In this document: piece by piece, positions 8,812-14,090 of the stretch | Layout: each line of letters begins with the position of its first letter | Position numbering within the stretch: position 1 is the stretch's first letter | Source of the DNA: an uncultured virus (IMG/VR IMGVR_UViG_3300010429_001900) | Taxonomy: Duplodnaviria; Heunggongvirae; Uroviricota; Caudoviricetes | Length of the DNA stretch: 22,599 nucleotides | Reading direction: 5' to 3' (one strand) | IMG/VR virus record: IMGVR_UViG_3300010429_001900 | Translations under genes and position numbers: made by a program | Notes under the pieces: model-generated | What the model was told of the DNA's origin: nothing | Seen by the model: the letters and a program-made list of their open reading frames with translations, nothing else | The model's database searches: none

Positions 8812-9122
8812 TCGTGCATATCCTACCTCTCCTCGGCATCGCGTCGATGATCTTCGTCGCCGCCTTCACCTTCCGCAGCTATCGGGCAGGCGCCAACCCG
8901 CGTGCCGCGATCATCGAGGCCTGGGTCAACCTGGCGATCGGCTTCAGCATCAACTTCGTCGCCAACATGCTGCTGTTTCCGCTGGTCGACGCACAGATCA
9001 GCGCCGGGCAGAACTGGTGGTTGGGGTGGATCTACACCTCCATTTCGATTCTGCGCCAGTACGCCATCCGCCGCTTTTTCCAAGACCGCATCCACCGGGC
9101 AGTGCAGCGCCTGGCAACCTGA
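8808..9122 (+). CDS. Phage membrane protein (DUF7220-like)
   Basis: IIEAWVNLAIGFSINFVANMLLFPL...IYTSISILRQYAIRRFF pattern; three hydrophobic segments. Confidence 0.75.
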   Translation: MIVHILPLLGIASMIFVAAFTFRSYRAGANPRAAIIEAWVNLAIGFSINFVANMLLFPLVDAQISAGQNWWLGWIYTSISILRQYAIRRFFQDRIHRAVQRLAT

Positions 9123-9134
9123 GAAAGGCCGACC

Positions 9135-9968
9135 ATGAAGACAATCCAGATGACCCCGTCCCAGTGGGCGGCGGTCGCAAACAACCCGATCCAGCGCGAC
9201 ACCGAGGCGCACGCCGCGAAGGCCGCGCGCGACCACCTTGCCCGGCCGGCGAAGACGCACCAGAAGGTCGCCGCCGCACGGCTCCCCGACGGCAGCCTGG
9301 TGAAGCTCGACGGCCACACGCGCTCGCTGATGTGGGGCGACGGCCGCCTTGTCGCGCCGCCTTTCGTGTACGTGGACGTCTACGACGCCGACTCGATGGG
9401 CGAGGTCATGGAGCTGTACAAGCAGTACGACTACAGGGGGTCGGTCGAGGGCGCCGTCGACAAGCTGTCCGGAGCCTACCGACTGCACGGCATTTCGCCC
9501 TCCACAGCGTTGCTGACCAAGGGCGCGGTCACGACCGCGCTGCGGGTCATCAGGTGGCAGGAGAACATCTACGAAATGGTCGGCGAGTGGAAGCCCGAGC
9601 TGCTCGCGCTTGACGAGATCGGCGCGACCTACCGGATCATGCCCACACCCATCATCGTCGCCGCCCTCGCGACGCTGCGCGTCCGCGGAGAGAAGGCCTC
9701 CTCCTTCTGGCGCGTGTATGTGGCCGGCGCTGGATCGCGCACGAACGGCGCGAGCTGCGGCGCCGATGCGCTCTCGCGGCTGGTGACCGACCTGCGCCTG
9801 CGCGGCGTGCTGGCCTCGTCCAAGCTCAACAAGGACCAGGCCGGCAAGGCGATCTCGTGCTGCGAGGCCTGGATCAACAACCGCCTCATGACCGGCGGCG
9901 TGAAAGCCACCGACCTGGCCAGCTACATCGAGCGCGGCAATGCCGTGCGCATGAAGCTGGCAGCCTGA
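9135..9968 (+). CDS. Protein with N-terminal ParB/Srx-like domain
   Basis: NPIQRD...KLDGHTR motif resembling the ParB/Srx DGxxR signature; GAAAGG RBS. Confidence 0.55.
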   Translation: MKTIQMTPSQWAAVANNPIQRDTEAHAAKAARDHLARPAKTHQKVAAARLPDGSLVKLDGHTRSLMWGDGRLVAPPFVYVDVYDADSMGEVMELYKQYDYRGSVEGAVDKLSGAYRLHGISPSTALLTKGAVTTALRVIRWQENIYEMVGEWKPELLALDEIGATYRIMPTPIIVAALATLRVRGEKASSFWRVYVAGAGSRTNGASCGADALSRLVTDLRLRGVLASSKLNKDQAGKAISCCEAWINNRLMTGGVKATDLASYIERGNAVRMKLAA

Positions 9969-10002
9969 CTCGCCCACCCTCTCACCACCAGGACACATCC
10001 CC

Positions 10003-10455
10003 ATGCACTCCAACCACTTCCGCACCGCCAGCTGGCTCCACGCTTGCGGCAAAGAGCCCGGCAACGAGCAGCACCTCAGCACCCAGATCGGCTGCCACCT
10101 CGAGGAGTTCTGCGAGTTCCTTCGCACCATCAACATCGAGAGCCCGACCGGCGCCAGCTCCAACGCCACCCAGGAAGTCGCCGCGATCCTCGACGCCATC
10201 GCCACCAACCTCAAGCAGGGCACCGTCCTCGCCCGCATCTACGACCGCGAGATGGCGCTGGATGCGCTGTGCGACTGCGAGGTCACCGGCAACGGCGTGG
10301 CCTACCTGGCCGGCATGAGCAAGGAAGAGGCCGACCGCCGCGTGCTGGACAGCAATGACGCCAAGCTCGTGGATGGTCGGCCGGTGCTCTCGGATGGCGG
10401 CAAGATCATGAAGCCGGCCGGCTGGGCCCCGCCGTCGCTCGACGGGCTGTTCTAA
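10003..10455 (+). CDS. MazG-like / DR2231-type NTP pyrophosphatase (putative dUTPase-like)
   Basis: LEEFCEF...LDALCDCEVTGNG...VLDSNDAKLVDGRPVLSDGGKIMKPAGWAPPSL, the typical SN.SK...GKI.KP.GW..P tail. Confidence 0.82.
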   Translation: MHSNHFRTASWLHACGKEPGNEQHLSTQIGCHLEEFCEFLRTINIESPTGASSNATQEVAAILDAIATNLKQGTVLARIYDREMALDALCDCEVTGNGVAYLAGMSKEEADRRVLDSNDAKLVDGRPVLSDGGKIMKPAGWAPPSLDGLF

Positions 10456-10459
10456 GGCC

Positions 10460-11044
10460 ATGCGCAAGCCGGCGCCAGGCTACGAAGGCAGATACGAGGT
10501 CGACGCGGCTGGGCGCGTGTTCGCGGTCGTGCGGAGCACGGTCGCGAACATGCCAGACGGCTCAACCCACACAAGAACATATGCCGCACAAGAAATGGCC
10601 CAACGGCGGAGGAATGGATACATGACGGTCAAGCTGTCAGGCCCTGGCGGTAGCCGCCATCACTCAGTGCACAGGCTTGTGGCCGAGGCGTTCCTTGGCC
10701 CGGCCTTGCCAGGTCAGACGGATGTCAACCACAAGAACGGCGCCAGGGGCGACAACAGGCTAGAGAACCTGGAGTGGGTCACGCGCTCCGAGAACCACAA
10801 GCACAAGTTCCGCGTCCTTCAGAGCAAGCACTCGATGTCCGGCAAGGTTGGCGCACTACACCATCGAGCAATGGCTGTGATTTGCTCTGACCCTCATACA
10901 GGCCTCGTGGTCGGGCGATTCGATTCGCTCATGTCGGCGCAAAGGTCGGGGCACCAGGCGGCGAAGATCTGCCTCTGCCTTCAGGGCAAGAGGCAGACTC
11001 ACTCCGGCCTGAAGTGGTCGGCCGTTCGCGAAGGGGGCGCCTGA
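10460..11044 (+). CDS. NUMOD4-HNH homing endonuclease
   Basis: PGYEGRYEV..GRV (NUMOD4); VHRLVAEAF...VNHKNGARGDNRLENLEWVTRSEN (HNH). Confidence 0.92.
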   Translation: MRKPAPGYEGRYEVDAAGRVFAVVRSTVANMPDGSTHTRTYAAQEMAQRRRNGYMTVKLSGPGGSRHHSVHRLVAEAFLGPALPGQTDVNHKNGARGDNRLENLEWVTRSENHKHKFRVLQSKHSMSGKVGALHHRAMAVICSDPHTGLVVGRFDSLMSAQRSGHQAAKICLCLQGKRQTHSGLKWSAVREGGA

Positions 11045-11250
11045 TGTCCGCACCCCCGCCGCAGGCCTCGCCGACGTTCCTGCCGGGCTCGCTGCGGCGC
11101 GGCGCGCAGCTCGACTGCAGCCAGTGTGGCGGCCGCTCCGACGCGCACAGCGGCGTGCAGGTGTCGGCGACGCGCTGGCGCTGCGGCGCATGCTGGCGAC
11201 GCCCGCTGCTGGCCACCCAGAAGAAGTCGCCCCCCTCATCCAGGGGGTGA
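11044..11250 (+). CDS. Small zinc-ribbon protein (68 aa)
   Basis: TGATG overlap; CSQC...CGAC. Confidence 0.55.
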   Translation: MSAPPPQASPTFLPGSLRRGAQLDCSQCGGRSDAHSGVQVSATRWRCGACWRRPLLATQKKSPPSSRG

Positions 11251-11275
11251 ATGCCGGCGGAGCGCGCAATTAAGC

Positions 11276-11303
11276 GTTCATACGTCAACGAACTGTATAG
11301 AAT
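11276..11303 (+). promoter_or_regulatory. 18-bp dyad motif copy 2 overlapping a probable promoter (-10 TAGAAT at 11298-11303)
   Basis: GTTCATACGTCAACGAAC (11276-11293) in an AT-rich intergenic gap; -35 not clearly canonical. Confidence 0.5.
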
Positions 11304-11330
11304 CACATCACCAAACCAACGGAGCCCCGT

Positions 11331-11672
11331 GTGAGCGCAGAGACTTCATTGAAAGAGTTTGCCGAGTCGATCTCGGACATGGTCGAGACGGCGCGCCAGG
11401 CCAAGGGAGAGCGCTTCATCACTGCTGCGACGGCGATCTTCGAGTGCATGCAGGCCGCCAAACTCATCGACGCGGTCGCCAGCCAGGCCGCCACGTCGAC
11501 AGGCGCCACGTATGCCGAAGGGGCGCGCATCTCGGTGTTGTCGGCGTCGGCCCGCATCGCCACGCTGCTCGACGGCGACGATGCCAAGCAGGCCGTGCAG
11601 CTGGCCTGGCGCATGCTGGAGCGGCGCGATCGGGTCGAACGCGCCATCGCCGCCTCTCGCCAGGAGGGCTGA
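11331..11672 (+). CDS. Hypothetical protein (113 aa)
   Basis: GGAG RBS; helical, phage-like codon usage. Confidence 0.65.
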   Translation: MSAETSLKEFAESISDMVETARQAKGERFITAATAIFECMQAAKLIDAVASQAATSTGATYAEGARISVLSASARIATLLDGDDAKQAVQLAWRMLERRDRVERAIAASRQEG

Positions 11673-11675
11673 GCC

Positions 11676-11867
11676 ATGGGGATCATCACCAAGGACGAAT
11701 GGGTGCGGCGCTACTCGACCAGGCTGGTCGAGTCTGGCAGCTGCGCCATGGCGGCCGCCTACGCGGCGGCCTGTGTCGCTGTCGAGCATGCCGACGACTG
11801 GGTCTCGCCCGAGGCCGCCGCGGACGAAGAGATCACCCGCAGCGCAGCGCAGGAGCCGACGGCGTGA
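11676..11867 (+). CDS. Hypothetical protein (63 aa)
   Basis: GGAGG RBS; GTGA overlap with the next gene. Confidence 0.6.
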   Translation: MGIITKDEWVRRYSTRLVESGSCAMAAAYAAACVAVEHADDWVSPEAAADEEITRSAAQEPTA

Positions 11868-12073
11868 GCTGGGTCGTCAATGTCTTCTGCTCGCGCCGGT
11901 CGATCGATCAGCTGATCGCGTCCAGGCCGGCGCAGAAGCAGGTCGACATCCGCATCGCGTCGCTGCGCAGGCTGATCGAGGACTGCGAGCGGTTCTTTCC
12001 GATGCCGGCCCTGGTATCGTCCTTGCAGGAAGACATCCAGCGCCTGCGCGCGCTGATCCCGGCGGAGCCATGA
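11864..12073 (+). CDS. Hypothetical protein (69 aa)
   Basis: GTG 11864 after AGGAG; ATGA overlap with the next gene. Confidence 0.55.
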   Translation: MSWVVNVFCSRRSIDQLIASRPAQKQVDIRIASLRRLIEDCERFFPMPALVSSLQEDIQRLRALIPAEP

Positions 12074-12345
12074 CGCACATCCTGTCCGCCAGCGATGCGG
12101 CCGCGCTGATGCGCTGCTCGGTCAAGACCATCGAGGACCGCGCGCGCACCGGCGACCTGCCGGGCCTGCTGTGGGGTGACGGGGGTTGGGTCTTCCCGAC
12201 CGAGGCCTTCTACGCCAGGATCAACGAGCTGGCGCTGGAGCAGGCGGCGCAGCGCCGCAAGCCAGTCGCGCCGACGGCGGTACTCGCGCAGCAGCGGGGG
12301 CTGGGTCGCAGGCGCCCTCCCCCGGCACTGCCGCGCGTGGCGTGA
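12070..12345 (+). CDS. Excisionase-like HTH (HTH_17/MerR-like) DNA-binding protein
   Basis: ILSASDAAALMRCSVKTIEDRARTGDLPG...GWVFP; convergent with the integrase. Confidence 0.8.
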   Translation: MTHILSASDAAALMRCSVKTIEDRARTGDLPGLLWGDGGWVFPTEAFYARINELALEQAAQRRKPVAPTAVLAQQRGLGRRRPPPALPRVA

Positions 12346-12393
12346 CGCCATGAGCGACAACCGACGTGCAACTCAACAATGAAGGGGTGACCC

Positions 12394-12576
12394 ATGGACA
12401 AGGAAATCATTGAACTGCTGAAGTCTCTGGCGGGCAACGCCGAAACGCTGGTGATCTGGTACATGGCGCTGGAGTTCGCCGGCAAAATCGTGTCGTGGGT
12501 CGGCGCCGTGGCCTGCCTCTACTGGTGCGGGCGCGGCGTGCGCTACGCGGCGGTGGCGGTGCGCGACAGCGCTTGA
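12394..12576 (+). CDS. Small membrane protein (60 aa)
   Basis: GGGGTG RBS; hydrophobic LVIWYMALEFAGKIVSWVGAVACLYW. Confidence 0.55.
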   Translation: MDKEIIELLKSLAGNAETLVIWYMALEFAGKIVSWVGAVACLYWCGRGVRYAAVAVRDSA

Positions 12577-12589
12577 TGCGGAGATTGCG

Positions 12590-12709
12590 ATGAAAGACAC
12601 GAACGCCATAGCCAGAGAGCAGCAGCGCCGCACTGCCGAGCTTGCCGCAGAGATGCGCGAGGCTCTGCCGTTGCGCGTCCGCTCGAATACTGGGTTAGGG
12701 CGCTGGTGA
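12590..12709 (+). CDS. Short ORF (39 aa) running through the truncated attC
   Basis: GGAG RBS; MKDTNAIAREQQRRTAELAAEMREALPLRVRSNTGLGRW, translated by hand. Confidence 0.35.
   Translation: MKDTNAIAREQQRRTAELAAEMREALPLRVRSNTGLGRW
12668..12700 (-). other. Truncated attC site (R''-L'' half only), end of cassette C
   Basis: Minus strand reads CCCTAAC-CCAGT-ATTCGAGC-GGACGCGCAACGG; no matching L'/R' arm found. Confidence 0.65.
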
Positions 12710-12724
12710 ACGAAGGAGGAAAAC

Positions 12725-12907
12725 GTGGACGGACTACCAAATTTCAACCCGCGCAGCGATGCGCTGAAGGCACGCGATGAGCCGGGCATGGGTGACGACG
12801 TTGCTTGCGAAAAGTGCGGCGCCGTGGCCCTGGACACCGGCCTAGAGTGCGACGAGTGCGGGCACGACAACTGGCAAGCCGTGACCGGCAAGCCGCGTGC
12901 GCCCTAA
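12725..12907 (+). CDS. Zinc-ribbon protein (60 aa), ORF of cassette C
   Basis: AAGGAGGA RBS; CEKC...CDEC; stop TAA lies inside the CCCTAAC core. Confidence 0.7.
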   Translation: MDGLPNFNPRSDALKARDEPGMGDDVACEKCGAVALDTGLECDECGHDNWQAVTGKPRAP

Positions 12908-13001
12908 CGCTGAGCTAACCGGACCACAAGGGCGCTGATGACCTACGAAGAAGCCACACTGCCGACCGCCCTTGTGGGTCCGGTTGAGCGACGTGTTATG
13001 C
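12902..13001 (-). other. attC site (100 bp) of cassette B
   Basis: Minus strand: GCATAAC-ACGTC-GCTCAACC-GGACCCACAAGGGCG-(32 nt loop)-CGCCCTTGTGGTCC-GGTTAGC-TCAGC-GTTAGGG, with two unpaired bases on the R''/L'' arm. Confidence 0.9.
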
Positions 13002-13654
13002 GCCCGGTGGAGTGCCGGACGGTGGCGGCCCTGTACGTGGAACCGAAGGGCTGCTATGTGGGCGTGCCAGGCGTTGACCCGTGGGACGAAGCGCGCGATG
13101 CGCGGACCTATCCAGGCCCGCACCCGGTAGTGGCGCACCCGCCATGCCAGCGCTGGGGTAGGTTCTGGCACGGCAGCACGCGCAAGCCGCACCAGTACAA
13201 GCTGGGCGACGATGGCGGATGCTTTGAGGCTGCGCTGCACGCGGTGCTGACCTGGGGCGGCGTGCTGGAACACCCGGCGCACAGCAAGGCGTGGGACGCA
13301 TTTGGACTGCGCAAGCCAGAGGCCGGCAAGGGCTGGCAGCGCAGCGACATGGGGCACCCGAGCAGCGGCTACTCCGTGTGCTACGTGGAGCAGGGGCACT
13401 ACGGGCACGCCAGCCGGAAGCCGACATGGCTACTGGCAAACGTGCGCCCGCTGACCTTGCCCGAACTGAACTGGACGAATGGCGAGCAACGCCTGCCCGC
13501 CTGGATGGTGGAGCGCTACGGCTACGAGAAGGCCAGGCGCATCGGCGTGGTGGCAATGGTGGGCGGGAAGAACAAGACCGCGATCCGCAACGCCACGCCA
13601 GAACCTTTCCGCGACCTGCTGCTTTCGATAGCGCGGCAGGCGCATAACGTTTGA
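12938..13654 (+). CDS. Divergent C5-cytosine DNA methyltransferase-like protein, ORF of cassette B
   Basis: AHPPCQ (motif IV-like), VLEHP (VI-like), RKPTWL (VIII-like), RNATPEPF (X-like); no FxGxG motif I seen. Confidence 0.6.
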   Translation: MTYEEATLPTALVGPVERRVMRPVECRTVAALYVEPKGCYVGVPGVDPWDEARDARTYPGPHPVVAHPPCQRWGRFWHGSTRKPHQYKLGDDGGCFEAALHAVLTWGGVLEHPAHSKAWDAFGLRKPEAGKGWQRSDMGHPSSGYSVCYVEQGHYGHASRKPTWLLANVRPLTLPELNWTNGEQRLPAWMVERYGYEKARRIGVVAMVGGKNKTAIRNATPEPFRDLLLSIARQAHNV

Positions 13655-13697
13655 GTTAAGCGGCGCCGAAGGCGTCCGCTTGAACGAAGGGTTGGGC
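13642..13697 (-). other. attC site (56 bp, canonical) of cassette A
   Basis: Minus strand: GCCCAAC-CCTTC-GTTCAAGC-GGACGCC-TTC-GGCGCC-GCTTAAC-TCAAAC-GTTATGC. The extra C and A give extrahelical G and T on the opposite strand. Confidence 0.95.
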
Positions 13698-13724
13698 GTC
13701 ACTGCCCGAAAACAGGAGAACGAA

Positions 13725-14015
13725 ATGCAAGTGACTGACGACATGGTTTCCCGCTTCCTGAGCTGGCAACTGCCAAAGACGTTTGCCCCGGACTGCGGGA
13801 TCAGCTTCGACGGCCGCAAGGACGACGAGTGGAACAAGAACAAGACATGGCCCGTTGGCACAAACCTGCTGACCGCGATCGAAGCGCGGGCGATGCTGGA
13901 GCATGTGCTTTCGGAGCCCGCCGTGGTGCCGCACGTCAAGACCGCTGCCGAGATGCGATACGACGCCGCGCACGATACGAGCTGTGTGGGCGCATTCGCT
14001 CGCGCTCGCCCGTGA
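13725..14015 (+). CDS. Phage-type hypothetical protein (96 aa), ORF of cassette A
   Basis: CAGGAG RBS; MVSRFLSWQLPKTFAPDCGISF...PVGTNLLTA motif, which I recognise from phage proteins of unknown function. Confidence 0.75.
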   Translation: MQVTDDMVSRFLSWQLPKTFAPDCGISFDGRKDDEWNKNKTWPVGTNLLTAIEARAMLEHVLSEPAVVPHVKTAAEMRYDAAHDTSCVGAFARARP

Positions 14016-14016
14016 T

Positions 14017-14053
14017 GCCCAACTTGTTCTAGGGCTCAGAATCGGCCTGTATC
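14017..14053 (-). other. attI-like site (resembles the class 1 attI1 simple site)
   Basis: Minus strand GCCCTAGAACAA-GTTGGGC versus attI1 GCCCTAAAACAAA-GTTRRRY. A GATACAG about 30 nt upstream sits near the DR1 position. It lies exactly at the start of cassette A. Confidence 0.65.
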
Positions 14054-14055
14054 CG

Positions 14056-14082
14056 GTTAGGGGCGCAAATTGCGCCCCTAAC
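14056..14082. repeat. Perfect 13-1-13 palindrome built from core-site-like GTTAGGG; possible terminator and/or recombinase binding site
   Basis: GTTAGGGGCGCAA-A-TTGCGCCCCTAAC, between convergent transcription units, 8 nt from the integrase stop. Confidence 0.7.
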
Positions 14083-14090
14083 ACTCGCGC

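Noticed and set aside
11227..11250. Rho-independent terminator
   Set aside because: A GC hairpin is present, but it has no U-tract and lies within an ORF end; support is too weak.
12350..12375. Distant missing arm of the truncated attC (CCGACGTGCAAC versus CGGACGCGCAAC)
   Set aside because: Only a 10/12 match in GC-rich DNA, about 300 nt away, with no correctly spaced core site.
12842..13939. Minus-strand ORFs as the true cassette genes
   Set aside because: They cross attC boundaries and lack recognisable motifs, whereas the plus-strand ORFs fit inside the cassettes and have RBSs or protein motifs.
14017..14062. A fourth, short attC site (GCCCAAC...GTTAGGG)
   Set aside because: Only 46 bp, with poor L-box pairing and no canonical extrahelical pattern; the attI1-like reading fits better.
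12694..14082. CRISPR array or diversity-generating retroelement
   Set aside because: The repeats are non-identical, gene-spaced imperfect palindromes; no cas or reverse transcriptase gene is present.
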